Assembly (NCBI RefSeq): GCF_006345805.1
Contig: NC_042999.1
Span: 32,550,001-32,614,000 of the forward strand
DNA from: Octopus sinensis
Lineage: Eukaryota
Direction of reading: 5' to 3'
Length of the DNA: 64,000 nucleotides
A program made the translations under genes and the position numbers. Shown here piece after piece: positions 24,833-37,660 of this stretch (the stretch's first letter is position 1; the number at the start of each line of letters is the position of its first letter). The notes beneath the pieces are model-generated. The model did no database searches, was not told where the DNA came from, and saw only the letters and a program-made list of their open reading frames with translations.

Positions 24833-25572
24833 GCTTTAAATATTACGCAGTTTTGCGTGACATTATCAAGTAGCTGTTTATGTAAAATTTTATCTCTTCC
24901 AATATAATTTTATTTCTTACCCATTTATTTGATTCCTTAATTTAATTTATATCGTATTTTATTTTAGTTTTGAAGACATATTTGTACTGATGCAATATCA
25001 TTTTCACTCCTGAATCTCTCTCCTCAATTTATGGGTTGCAGTTTCCGAATTTACTATCATAATAATATTGAGCTTGACTGCAATTCAAAAAATGGAACTT
25101 TTCAGTCCATAGTCGTAACTACATCGCACGACTCCATAGAATAAGACAAGTCACATGACCAACCATTTGAAATCGATAGACACTAGAATCATTCCATTTT
25201 CCTTCTGTCTTGTATTTCTTTTACCATATCTTATTCCTTCTTTCTTCTACCCATTCTCCATTCTCCCGATGCTATTACGAAGATTCCCCTTGTTGATATA
25301 TTAATCTCTGTTAATTCTACAATAGTATTTTTGCCATTCTGTAATAGAGGAAATATTAATGTAGGAACCTGAAACGGACAAAGAGAATAAGTCACATTTA
25401 TATTCTAAGAGTTATTCACGAAACGCATATGTTTTCCGAAATATATTTTTTTCATATGATCAAAAAACATCCGCATATATGTGGAGGGAATGAGTTCATC
25501 AGCCACTTAAAATTTATGTACCAGCATTTTACTCTTACCGCTTGCAAATTGAAATGCATCGTTCTGTGTGCT

Positions 25573-25746
25573 TGTACAACGGGCTACTGAAAAGTTTCTG
25601 GATATCAGGGTCCCGTGGAAGGCCTGATTGGAGTAATTAGTAAAACTGAAGGACAGCTGCCGTAAGTGTTTGTATCTGAAAGGCAAATATGTTAAGTAAA
25701 ATTATAATTAACTGATTCAACCGGAGATTTTCAGCACCCCTCGCAT
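25573..25746. mobile_element. Decayed mariner-derived MITE
   Basis: Imperfect terminal inverted repeats (tacaacgggctactgaaaag ... ttttcagcacccctcgcata) with TA flanks. Confidence 0.5.
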
Positions 25747-26409
25747 ATACATACATATGTATGTGTAAATGTGTATGTAGATATATATATATCCATATAC
25801 TTCACCTTTCATATATATGTGTGTAAATAAACACAGACATACATACGTAAATGTTCAATTGTGTGTGATTGTCTCTGTGTGTGTGTGCGTGTGTGTATTT
25901 GCATGTGGCAAAACTTATTGTAGAGAATTCAACGAAAACACAAAAGTTGAACGAGATTAGATGACACAGATCGCAACCCGATAAACAACATGGGCACAGA
26001 AGTGGACTGCATGCATTAGTAACCTTTGCTTCAGTGTCTCTACAGTGGAATCTATGTATTCTTGAGGCGCGGTACACATTTATTTCAAACAGACACATAA
26101 ATGTTTGCCTCCGTGCGCGAATATATTTGTATGTGTGTGCATGCACGAGCTTGCAGTTGTTAAGAATATTACACTCGCATGATTGAATCTCGAGCAGATT
26201 AAAACTAATTAGAGCGCCAAAGCTAATTTTTTGAAAAGCGGAAAGACTCAACCAGTTGTTTTCTATATGACCAATTGTACTAATAAGACTTTAGTGTATC
26301 AGAAATATGCTAAAGGTTCTTGCACACAATACCATGCAATTTTATCGAATATGGGACTCATGTTTGCGAAAGAAACATCTTAACCTCTCTGCTGTGTTTA
26401 ATGCTTTCT

Positions 26410-26842
26410 ACTATCGGCTCGAGTCCTGGAATTTTGGATGAGTGGGAATAGTCGATTACATCGAAACTATTACTTGACTGGTGTTTGATTTATCGATCCC
26501 AAACTGATAAAATGCAAAATTGACCTGGGCAGAATTTGAACTCAGAACTTAATGACGGGCTAAACACTGCTATGCTTTTTTCCCGGTGTACCAACGAATC
26601 TGCCAGCTCGCCGCCTTACATATAGGTCATAATGGTTTCAAATTTTGAAACAATGATAGCAATTTCAGGGTAGGTGGTAAGTGGAATACATCAACTCCAG
26701 TACTCAACTGGCTCTTATTAGCGCCGAAAGAACGAAAGGAACAGTCAACCTCAGCGGAATTTGATCTCACAACGTAAAGGTGAAGTAATTGTAGCTAAGC
26801 ATTTTGTCCGGCGTGCCCACGATTCTGCCACCTCGCCGTCTT
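26410..26842 (-). mobile_element. Two tandem decayed copies of SINE family C (26410-26617, 26640-26842)
   Basis: Both end in ...ctgcca(g/c)ctcgccg, the reverse complement of the head of the 53244 copy, and carry the gaatttgaactcag segment (decayed in the second copy). Confidence 0.65.
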
Positions 26843-27706
26843 ACACATTGAGTATAACGATATGATGCCAATATACATGAAACCCAGCATTACTTCACAC
26901 TCTACTCAGCTTGGCTGTACTTCAACATAGCACTTATAAGGTATCCACTATGTTTTAGTACATTGCGAAGAGAATTAAATAACTTTAGTATTTACCTGGT
27001 AATTTATTTAATCGGCACCACCCCAGAAACTTTGAAGCCAGAGTTAACCATGGTCTTATTTGATCCCATAACTGATATCCGGATCATATAATGCACGGTG
27101 GCGAAGTGACGACGAAATGTTTCCCCTGGTATAAGTATCTGTATAATCGTGGAACCTCACCACTTTCTTTGGATTTCTAGTATTACCGTTCGTTAGAAAG
27201 TATTGTTATGATGTGTTTGCTTTGTGTTTCAACACATGATAAAGCATAAAAGATTCTATTTAACAAATTTGGTCGTCAAAATGTTTACTTAATATCACTG
27301 CCATTAATTTCACTTGAAGTCCACTGATTTTTATTGATTCAGTAAAATGTTTAAAAGTCGAGAGTAAATTAATTTCCTGTCAAAAGCCATGTTATTATTT
27401 AAATCTTGTAGTCAAATTATGATGGACAAATTTGCTTTGTTGACAAGAAATTTTAGAAAATTGGTAAAAATTTATATCTTCAGATGAAGAAAACTGTATT
27501 GCAATGTATCTATGCATAAATGTGTATTCGGACGTGTCTACATACCAATTTCGTTGCTATGGTGTTCGTATGAATCTACTTATGCTGCTTTTTTACAAGT
27601 ACTTCTGTAATTACGTATATTTCTTTGGAAGTTTTTACTATTTCAGTGCGTAAATAAATGTGTATATTACACACACACACACATATATATGTATAAATAT
27701 ATATAT

Positions 27707-27988
27707 ATCACGTGACCGACCAGACCATCAGATGTTGCTACACATCGCTGGTCACAATGCGTTCGCATTGTTTTAGTCTTCGAACGACGCCACCCCGCTG
27801 GCTAAGCGAGCAGGCCAACAGAAGAAAGAGAGGTGAAAGAGTATAGCAAGGATCACCCCGCCCCTGCCGAAGCCTCGTGGAGATTTTAGGTGTTTTCGCT
27901 CAATAAACACACACAACGCCCGGTCTGGAAATCGAAACGATGATCCTAGGACCGCGTCCGCTGCGCTAACCACTGGGCCATTGGGCCT

Positions 27989-27990
<2 letters not shown>
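27707..27990 (-). mobile_element. SINE family A head with different 3' tail (type 2, RTE-like)
   Basis: Same tRNA head as 39065, with tail ...tgtgaccagcgatgtg...ctgatggtctggtcggtcacgtga. Confidence 0.85.
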
Positions 27991-28028
<38 letters not shown>

Positions 28029-28223
28029 TGGTTTGTTCAATAACTTTAGTTTTATACTTTTGTCTCTTTCAATAGAGCACTTCTATAGCAGTCCTATTAA
28101 TCTTTTTGTTCCTGACAAGAAACAATCACTGTATTATTGATATATATATATAAATGTGTAAAAGTATGTATGTATGTATATATATAGACCCATGCGTGTA
28201 CACAACCCATATCTGTCTATCAG

Positions 28224-28738
28224 GGTATGGCCTGGTCAGCCTGTAATCACATGCATAAGATCTGATCATCAAATCTAAGTAGAGACTTCAAACTTGAAAT
28301 TTTCAAAGCCACAGTCGAACCAATTCCACAATATGGCTCAGAAACCTGGACGTTATCAAAGAAGCTTGAAAGGCGGTTGGATGGAACCTGCACTCACCTC
28401 CTTATGAGAACTCAAAATCTCTCGTGGAAGCACCATCCAACCAAAATGCAAATATATGGGGAACTACCACCTGTGTCATCTCTTGTGAAAGGTAGGAGAG
28501 TCCAGTTTGCTGGACATTGTTGTAGAGCTGAAAACGAGGCAATTTCTACTCTTCTCCTCTGGAAGCCATCTACTCGCAATACCAGAGGGCGCACACTCTC
28601 CTACCCTGATGTAATTTCCAGGGATACAGGCATCCAGCAACAGGACCTCCGTAATGCCATGATGGACCGTGAAGTCTGGCGCAGCATGGTAAATTCCATT
28701 GTCTCGACCACGGTCGAACAATGATGATGATGATGATC
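28224..28738 (+). mobile_element. RTE-clade LINE 3' fragment with (TGA)n tail
   Basis: YGSETWTL...FAGHCCR...RGRTLSYPD...DREVWR, then a TGATGA tail. Confidence 0.85.
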
Positions 28739-29047
28739 AGGATGTCTTTCTTTCTCACTCTATATACCCATGTGGACCATTTTCATATTCGCGAAGCACT
28801 TAATTCTATTCCTCCAACATGAAGGCAGCATTCAATATACTGCCAAAATCTGCCTGAATTTACCTGGGATTATACCTAAGAGCTTATACCTTCACGGATG
28901 TACGGACCAACCCCCATACCTTCTGGAAGATGAGCTATCTGTATTCTTGTCTACTGTTTAACGTTTTGTTCTTCTATCTACAGTTTTATTTCTTATAAAC
29001 AATAAACTGTGGATTTCCCTGTCTAGATCTTTCATACATACTTATCT

Positions 29048-29124
29048 TGTCTCTGATGACGGAATACCCAGTGTACGGACATGTTAGCCTATTTCTTGGG
29101 ATATCTCACAAACAGCTGTAAGAC
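29048..29124 (+). ncRNA. Fossil type I hammerhead motif (GAAA mutated to CAAA)
   Basis: GTCT-CTGATGA-...-CAAA-CAGCTG-TA/AGAC, with palindromic stem III ACAGCTGT and an imperfect stem II. Confidence 0.5.
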
Positions 29125-29375
29125 TTCAAATTAAATATTCTACATGACTTTCTCAAATTGTCCTGTCCGCCTACATTCAACGTGCTAAAATAAGAATTAG
29201 TTTTTTCGGGTTTTGGGATTTAACTCCTGTTTCTAGCATGTTGGAAAACCACTTTTCCCGTCGTGTATAATTTATATACAAACATATAATATAATATTTG
29301 CAGTCAATGGATATTTTTACTCATACTATCCACTGGTAAAAATTACGATTTAAATTTTACCCTATATTTTTAGAT

Positions 29376-29412
<37 letters not shown>

Positions 29413-30680
29413 GTGTGTGTGTGTGTGCGTGTGTGTGTGTGTGTGCGTTTGTGTGTTCATTGTTTATTAACAAGCGGTGATCGTCTAAATAAGGCGTTTG
29501 TTCTTTGGTTCGCCATTTAGCGAATGCCCAAATCGTGTAAGACATTGTTATCTGAGCGCAAACCTAAAATAGTATGTTTCCTTGATTTATTTCATATAAC
29601 TGATACGAAATATGTCATAAATAACAGTGACAAATTCATATGACACCGCAAATAATTGTTGTTGACAAAGATCCGGAGAAATTGTATTTACCTCAATAGT
29701 CATCATTGATTGGTTGAAATTGCCGAAATGCAAGAAATTAAACAACAAATAGCTTACACACTACTGAATTTTCTCAATAAAACCAAGAGAAAAAGATGTT
29801 TTATAAACACATTCTACCAATATACGAAGTTTAGAAGTGTTTAGTTACAACGAAATTATTTTAAAAACCTGCCGGTCAAAGCGAAAATATCCCATTTCTC
29901 CATGGTTAACTCTAAATATAAGACTTGTGGTACATTCGGTCAGGCATCACGAGCGAATATCTATAATCTCACGTGATTGGTCAGTTAATCGATTAGTTAG
30001 AGTGTAGCTATGGCATGATATGTTTTTCTCTAAAGTTCTAGAATTTGGCTTCTGGTCCCCTATAGAAACAGTGTGGCGCACAGCTTAGAGCGAACTCGGC
30101 TAACAATCTCTTGCCACAAATGTTTGCTCAATTAAGTTCGAGTATTTTTGTCGGAGAGCATGTTTTCACATAGACAGCTTTCTATATTTTCAAAGCATTT
30201 GTCCCCCTCTCCTAGTCGGCAATTATTAATATTGTTCATTGTGAATAGCCAACAATAAATATATTTATGTCCGGCAAGATATATTTTAGTTCGATTTTCG
30301 TGGGTTTTCTTCAGCTAATATTCACACAGCCAGCGAAAAATATATCTTCATTTCCCCACGAATCGAACAACAGCACCGCGTGACAAATAAAGGCTCTGTG
30401 CACAAACAATACCACAAAAGTATGGAATGCTATGATTGGATAATTACTTCTTCAGTTTTTCAGGTTCAACAGACAACGTCATTATTTGTGTGACATTTCT
30501 AAAATTATATTGAAAGTTAAATGAAGTTAATGTCGCTCAGGAAAGCAAAGTGGCATAATTTATTTTAGTATATAGTTAATATCTCAAGATAACAAGCTAA
30601 ATAACAAGCAGAGGTATTATGGATACCAGAGTATATCTGACATACACACACGCACACACATCTACACACACAAACACATA

Positions 30681-30773
<93 letters not shown>

Positions 30774-30857
30774 ATGTCTCACAATAGATACCTACCTATA
30801 GTAACGTGCTTCTATGTTATATATGTGCCTGCGTAAATCTCTATAAGTTATATATAA

Positions 30858-30894
<37 letters not shown>

Positions 30895-31341
30895 GCAAAA
30901 GCAAGAGAGAGACAGAGACAGACAGAGCAACAGAAGCAGAGACAGAGGCAATTATGCGGTTAAAAATTAAATGTAACAACTTATGTTTGATATACAAAAT
31001 ATATATACATGCACAAATGCAAAGAGAAAGACAATATATGTGTAAGGAAGAAGGATGCTGAGTGGGATAAAGTGAAAAGAGACTATATATAAAATACTCC
31101 AGCGTAACCAGCAAGTAAATTAGAACTATCAATTAGGTAGACCTGCCAAAGGGGTCAGTTATGTGAATAGATGCCTAGATGCTTCAGGAGAAAGGTGAAG
31201 CACAAGATAAAATATTCTTACTAGTCTCTAGTTGTGTGGTATTGTGTTCAATGCAATGTATATTAGACGGGAACAACTATGCTGGGTAGAGTATGGAAGA
31301 GACAAAGAGAATGAGATGGGATTCAGGTTTATAATCTTATA

Positions 31342-31848
31342 GACAACGAGCAAAACGCCCCCCGTCCAATGGACGGTGCTGAGTCGTCAAACATTTAAAC
31401 CAAATTTTCTCAAAACGACTTGTCCGTCCGTCCGTTCAATAGGCCTCCCCTTTGAGAAACACTGATTTAACCTAAAATTTAGACACCAGCAAAAGATGAA
31501 ATATATCTCTTTTGCATATTACTTTTTTGGGCTCTTAAATATATTGCATTTTGTGGCATTATTTCAAGCCCGCCGGCTTTTCTTGCGCAAACTGCACGTA
31601 CATTTTTCTCGCGTGCGTGTAGTATCGATCGCAAGAGCTGATGTACTTGCGCGTACAAATGCACATTCTCACGGCTTTATCGATCGCATTCTCATCTGGA
31701 ATCGCTTTTTGTAATTTTTTCAAGACTTATACACACCCTGATACCGTCGATATCTACATATCAAATTTGAGCGCAATCAGATGGAGGATGGCCGATATCC
31801 TAGAAGACACACACACACACAGACAGAACGGATTTTATATAATAGAAA
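31342..31848 (+). mobile_element. Probable non-autonomous Helitron/Helentron-like repeat
   Basis: 5' ccgtccaatggacgg hairpin and 3' (CA)n-acagacagaacggattttatataatag end, the same architecture as 7531 and 36585. Confidence 0.35.
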
Positions 31849-32449
31849 AGGTACATAATGAATGAGGGCTGCAAGTGCGCTTTAGATGCAGGTGTTTGTT
31901 GATAGCTACCAGAATAATGAATCCATTTGTTGTAACGATTAGGATGTAATATTTAAAATTGTAACTTTAATAAGAAGTACGAATATGCTTAAATGCGAGT
32001 ATAGAAGTAAACAGATGGATTTTAACGTTTGTACAATTGAGAATATCGATTATTGGTTTCTATAATGAAATATGTGTTTGCTTGAAAATGATATTTAATT
32101 AAATTGTTGTACTGGAAATATGAGCTAAATGTAGAGTGAAATAAAGAATTATAGAAAACTAAGGGGAATAAATAAGGATTTCTTAGACCGATATAGAAAG
32201 ATAATTGTAGAATAAGACGGTGAATGATAGAGGTCTTCTACTGAATAAATTAAATTAAGTTAGATTAAATTAAATAAGGATATAATGCCCCTATAGTTTA
32301 TGTTGGTAGGAATTATTGTAGCGATTCGAAAATATAAGTACCATTAAAGTATGACGATCGATCTAACCGACTAGCACTTTCTCACAAAATTTCAAACTTT
32401 GTACTTATTGTAGAAAGGATTATTTTGTTGTTGTTTTTTTCTCTTTTTT

Positions 32450-32730
32450 TTTTTTATTTGATTTCCATTTTATTTCATTTTCCGGCCGGGTCTCAATCAG
32501 AGACGTAAGGCATTTATATATTAGAGAGAAAGAAACTCCCTGAGAAGGTGAGCGGTTGGTGTCATCACAACTTTTTGAACTTTGGAAATTGTTGGTTACA
32601 CTGGGATCTGATAAAAAAAAAAAAAAAGGATTTAGCGCTATCTTTCTGGATCCCTTTCAGAGCATCCACAACAATAGGGATGATGGTGGTTTTTACTTGT
32701 TACGTCCTAGATATCTCAAACTCAAGAATC
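32450..32730 (-). mobile_element. Dong/R4-clade LINE 3' fragment (decayed)
   Basis: FEISRT*QVKTTIIPIVVDALKGIQK ... VQKVVMTPTAHLLREFLSL* matches the R4/Dong C-terminus also seen at 43121-43515. Confidence 0.7.
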
Positions 32731-32837
32731 TTTTATTTCGATAGTTTCTCTTTGCATCCCTTCGCATCCCCTCCCCCACAGCCCGGTTCCAAGCCTCAAC
32801 CCCCTCTTTCCCTCCCCCAAGTCAGACACCATTGCAC

Positions 32838-33000
32838 GGTTGCTTGGTCACCTGGCTTCCCGATTGCCTGGCTGCCGGGTTTCCTAGTCGCCTGGTTGCT
32901 TAGTCGCCCGGTTTCCTGGTCGCCAGGTTGCCAAGTCGCCAGGTTGCCAAGTCGCCAGGTTGCCAAGTCGCCAGGTTTCCTGGTTTCCTAGTCGTCTGGT
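32838..33000. repeat. Octamer-based minisatellite (cctggttg/cttagtcg/ccaagtcg variants), array 1
   Basis: 8-bp periodicity, preceded by an ~85-bp segment (32757-32840) duplicated at 33921-34000. Confidence 0.8.
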
Positions 33001-33035
33001 TATTCTACCAGTAAATAACTTGATATCAGGATGGT

Positions 33036-33121
<86 letters not shown>

Positions 33122-33321
33122 GGTTGACTGAGGATGGTATTCATACCAGTTCTTAGGGTGCGGGATATCATAGTGACGGTATATGCCATCAAAGTAACAC
33201 TGGTAAAATATACGAAGTGCCCCATAAATATCAGAACTACCCGTTTGATAAGTACACGAGGCACATGAATCTCAACCATATATGCGTGATATGGTGATTT
33301 CATATCTAGATAAACAGCACG

Positions 33322-33449
33322 TGACTTCGCAGGCGTCTTGGGGGAAATTTTCGTCCTATGGCGTAGTGCTTAAGAGCGCGGGATACTAATCCCAAGATTC
33401 CGAGATCGATTCCAGACAGTGACTTTAATAATAATAATAATAATAATAA

Positions 33450-33480
<31 letters not shown>

Positions 33481-33530
33481 AAGAAGAAGAAGAAGAAGAA
33501 GAAGAACAACAACAACAACAACAACAACAA
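33322..33530 (+). mobile_element. Partial copy of the tRNA-head/hammerhead composite SINE
   Basis: Remnant inverted arm (caggcgtcttgggggaaattttcgtcc), tRNA-like head 33357-33426, then (AAT)n(AAG)n(AAC)n. The 3' arm is missing. Confidence 0.75.
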
Positions 33531-33534
33531 TAAC

Positions 33535-33880
33535 ATCATAGTCATTATCATCGCTATAATCTTCACCAAAACCACCGCCATCACCCCACCCCATGATCAC
33601 CACCAACATCATTGCCATCACTACCATCACTACCATCACGACGACCATCATTGTCATCACCACCACCACCTTCACCACCACCATTACCACCACCATCACC
33701 ACTACCACCATCACCAGCACCACCATCACCACCTTCACTACCGCCACCACCATCACCACCATCACCACCATCACCACCACCACCACCATCACCACCACCA
33801 TCACCACCACCATCACCTTCAGCACCACCATCACCGCTACTACCATCGACATCATCATTCTCAACATCCTGAAAAACCTC
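33535..33880. repeat. Degenerate (CAC/CAT)n trinucleotide tract
   Basis: Read directly from sequence. It produces spurious Thr-, Pro- and Val-rich ORFs. Confidence 0.85.
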
Positions 33881-34289
33881 GACAAGTCAATCGTAAGAAA
33901 AAATATAAAATACCCACCTCCCCTTCGCATCCCCTCCCCCACAGCCCAGTTCCAAGCCCCAACCCCCCTCTTTCCCTCACCCAAGTCAGACACCATTGCC
34001 CTGTCTTTCACTCACTCATTCGCTACTCCTTCTTATACTTCTCCCTCCTCCGCTCCACCGACACTTACTCTCCCTTCCCCACCTCCACTCACCTCTCTTC
34101 TGCTTTCTTTCTTGCTTTCCGTTTCTCTGCCTCGGTCTTATCTCATTCACAATGGATGCAAAGATGATTGGATGGTTGCGTGGTGCGGTGGTTGACTGGT
34201 TGAATGATTGGTGGATCGGATGATTGATTGGACAGATTGTATGATGGTTGAATGGTTTAATGGTTTACCGGTCAGCAGGTTGGATGTTT

Positions 34290-34767
34290 GCATCGCTACC
34301 TGGTTTCCTAGTCGCCTGGATGCTTAGTAGCCCTGTTGCTTGGTCACCTGAATTCCCGATTGCCTGGTCACCAGGTTGCCAACTCGCCTGTTTCATTAGT
34401 CGCCTGGTTTTCTGGTTGCCAATCTCCTGGTTGCTTAGTCGCCCTGTTGCTTGGTCACCTGGATTCCTGATTGCCTGGATTTCTGGTTGCCTAGTCGCCT
34501 GGTTGCTTAGTCATCCGGTTGCTTGGTCACCCGGACACCTGATTGCCTGGTCACCAAGTTGCCAAGTCACCTGTTTCCTAGTCGCCTGGTTGCTTAGTCA
34601 CCCGGTTGCTTGGTCACCTGGATTCCTGATTGCTTGGTCCCCATTCTTCCTCCTAGTCACCTGGTTGCTTAGTCGACCGGTTGCTTCGTCACCAGGTTGC
34701 CAAGTCGCCTGGTTTTCTGGTTGCCTAGTCGCCTGGTTGCTTAGTCGCCCGGTTACTTGGTCACCAC
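34290..34767. repeat. Octamer-based minisatellite with ~72-bp higher-order unit, array 2
   Basis: cctggttg cttagtcg cccggttg cttggtca cctggatt cctgattg recurs about 5 times. Confidence 0.85.
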
Positions 34768-35300
34768 GTAAGAAATAATAACGTTAAATCTAGAAACTCG
34801 AGTTTATGCAATTGTAAACAAGGGTCGTAACTCCGTAATAATATAAGAGTTACTTCCCCTAGATGATAAACACTTAGGTAACTTTAATGGTGTTTCTTGT
34901 TGGAAAACTTTCATACGCAAGATTATGAACTGTCACTAGTCAACTCTTAACATTTCTCTGAGCAAAATTACCGGAGATTGATATATGTACTTCACCACTT
35001 TCATAGAATAACTGGCGAGCATTATCTGAACTGTAATAATTATATACTTACAATGAGTTATGTTATTACGTAACCACGGACAGTTCATCTGTTAAGTCTC
35101 TTCCTATCTATTTCATTTCGTATTTCGCAACTTATGCACCTCTTATAGTATGTTATATGTAGGTGTATGTGTGTTTATTTTTTGATATCGGTATTTAATT
35201 ATATGCTAATCGAATACATGCAATTTGTGGATTTGCGGATGAGTTCGTGTGAGTGTATTTGTTTACATGTATCTGTTTCTGTGAGTGTGTATGAGTATGT
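34767..35300 (+). repeat. Old segmental duplicate block X (paralog at 41412-42060)
   Basis: Shared anchors cgtaagaaataat, caagggtcgtaact, caagattatgaactgtca, cttacaatgagtta, tttgatatcg and taatcgaatacatgc. Confidence 0.8.
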
Positions 35301-35338
35301 ATGTGTGTGCGTGTGTGCGCATGAATGTATATATACAA

Positions 35339-35380
<42 letters not shown>

Positions 35381-35475
35381 ATACACATACATACATACAT
35401 ACATACATACATACATACATACATACATACATACATACATACATACATACATACATACATGCATACATACATACA

Positions 35476-35680
35476 TTATTATGGCTGCCCCCTCGTTATC
35501 GAGTATGGCCATTGCACGAGGCTTAACTGTTACTGGTGCTGTGATCGAATGTGACTTTTTAGCCCAGCTAAAGATGTACAATGCCTTGTACAAAATTGGC
35601 AACTAAAACCTTTACTGGTAATAGCCGGCTGTAGTTGTAACTGGGCTTCATGTACCTTTGCATGTGGTTTAATTCCTCCA
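35476..35680 (-). mobile_element. RTE (BovB-like) LINE extreme 3' fragment
   Basis: FSCQFCTRHCTSLAGLKSHIRSQH, a C2H2-like terminus, followed by a short 3' UTR. A similar tail lies at ~35812-35862. Confidence 0.65.
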
Positions 35681-35874
35681 CATACATACATACATACATA
35701 CATACATACATACACATACATACATACATACATACATACATACATACATACATACATACGTACATACATACATACATGCATACATACATACATATATACC
35801 TGCATACATATTGATGATGATGACGATGATGGCTGCTCATTCGTAACCGAGGAAGGTCATCACTGATCGTTATC

Positions 35875-36570
35875 AATAAAGTAAAAACGTTGGATAAGTA
35901 GTTTTCACATGAACGCACTGAAAATCAGAAACAGCAACGTTTGGAAGCTTGCATTATACTAATTTCTCGTCACAAAAATGAATTGTTTTTGAAACGAACT
36001 TTAACATGTGATGAGAAAAGAATCCAATACAACATCCGTAAACGTTCAGCACATTGGTTGGGCAAAGACGAGCCACCAAAACACTGTCCGAAAAGCAAAA
36101 TACATCAAAGGAAGCTTACGGTGTGTGTTTGATGGTCTGGTGCAGGTGCGATCCATTATGATTTCATTAAACCAGGGTCATGAATTATTGCCGAAGTATA
36201 CTGTAGCAGGCTGGAGCAAATGATGCAGAAACTTACAAAAAAAAAAAACAGCCTATATTAGTCAACAGATCCACTCTTGTTCTATTGCAAGTCAACGCCA
36301 GACTACAAGTCACAAAAATGACATTGGAGAAACTACAGGAGTTGGAGTTGGAAGTTCTCCATCATCTATCATACTCACTTGATCATATCCTCACTCACCA
36401 CCACTTCTTCTAGAATTTGAATAACTTTTTGATAGGAAAAAAACAATTCCGACGATGCTGTAAAACAGGCCTTCCAAGATTTTATTGTCTCTAGATTGCC
36501 AGGCTTTTACAGTTCTGGGATGAAAAGCTACCGCTGAAAATGTGTATTGAAAATATTGATGAATAAAACT
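35875..36570 (+). pseudogene. Mariner transposase remnant
   Basis: *FSHER (WVPHEL-like), LTCDEK, KIHQRKL, LQVNAR (HDNAR-like) and YSLDH (YSPDL-like), with multiple stops and frameshifts. Confidence 0.85.
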
Positions 36571-36584
36571 ATACTTTTTATTTA

Positions 36585-36974
36585 TATCGCCCGGCGTTGC
36601 TCGGGTTTGTAAGGGAAATAACTATATAAGCATTTTTAGAGATGTGAAGTATAATAGCCATCTCAATATGGCTAACCACAAAGGTGGGGTGTTACTGTAG
36701 CTTTTTACGTTCTGAGATTTAATAATAATTTTTTAGAGAGTTACTTCCCTTATATATGTCAAAAATGCATTAAAAATGTGAAAAATTGATGGTAAATTTT
36801 TTTTAAATCGTAGACTCATCGTAGACGCGCGCTAATACCCAGAAAGGCTCGATATGAATCACGACTATAAGATACCCGCTTTTGGTTACACTGCACCGCA
36901 AATTGTGGGAGTAGTTAGGAATCTAAATTGTAGGAGACAGACACTCACACAACCTCACTTTTATATATAAAGAT
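36585..36974 (+). mobile_element. Helitron/Helentron-like repeat, second 3' variant
   Basis: Same 5' end as 7531, with a 3' part matching 54031-54332. Confidence 0.55.
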
Positions 36975-37029
36975 TAGGAAACGTTTAGTTTTTTTTCTAC
37001 ATTTCTCTTACTTGACGACCTAATAGAAA

Positions 37030-37660
37030 TGCGACACAGTGGAGTCACTTGCTCATTCTTAAGGTTGAACCTCGAGTTCCTGGCCAAGTCTTGGTTTTGG
37101 GCTGCCAGTATAGTGCTTTCAGTTTCATTTCACTGTCTTCCTTTCTTCAGCATATACCACCTCTGTTTTCCAGCAATTTCACTTCATCCTACATCGAATT
37201 TATTTTGTATCCCCTTATTACATAATGCTTCTTCGTGACCTCTGTTTTTCTGTTATTTTTTCTACTTTCAATACTCACTCATTTCTCACGGGTACTAACA
37301 AGTTCTTACTTTTGGAAAGATATCTCATTAAGTTCTTGAGTTCGATACGTACGCATTCTTCCACACTTCTTAGTCCACTCCCTCCATTTTCTCTCTTCAT
37401 GTATAGGCGATCAGTGACTGTACGTGGCTGATAGACTCCATGCAACGTTAGGAGTTTTCATGCCTTTTTGTGAAACTCCTTTAGCTCCACCTACACTTCA
37501 GGATTCCAGCTCTATACCGAACTACTTCGACTGCGCTCGAGTTTATTGCTGAAATTATATTTCTGGCATTCGGCTTTGGAGCCGATATTATTCTCATTCA
37601 CCGCAGGTTCACTTTCTTTCACTTTCCTTTCATATTATTGCGCCTAATTCTAAAGCTAGG
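37030..37660 (-). pseudogene. Dong/R4-clade LINE RT-distal fragment (decayed)
   Basis: KLLTLHGVYQPRTVTDRLYMKRENGGSGLRSVEECV and AAQNQDL resemble the R4/Dong motifs DRLYLPRKEGGRGL and AAQDQAL. Confidence 0.72.

Noticed and set aside
33126-33160. CTGAGGA followed by a TGGTAT/ATACCA hairpin as a hammerhead
   Set aside because: No GAAA or stem III follows and no stem I partner is present.
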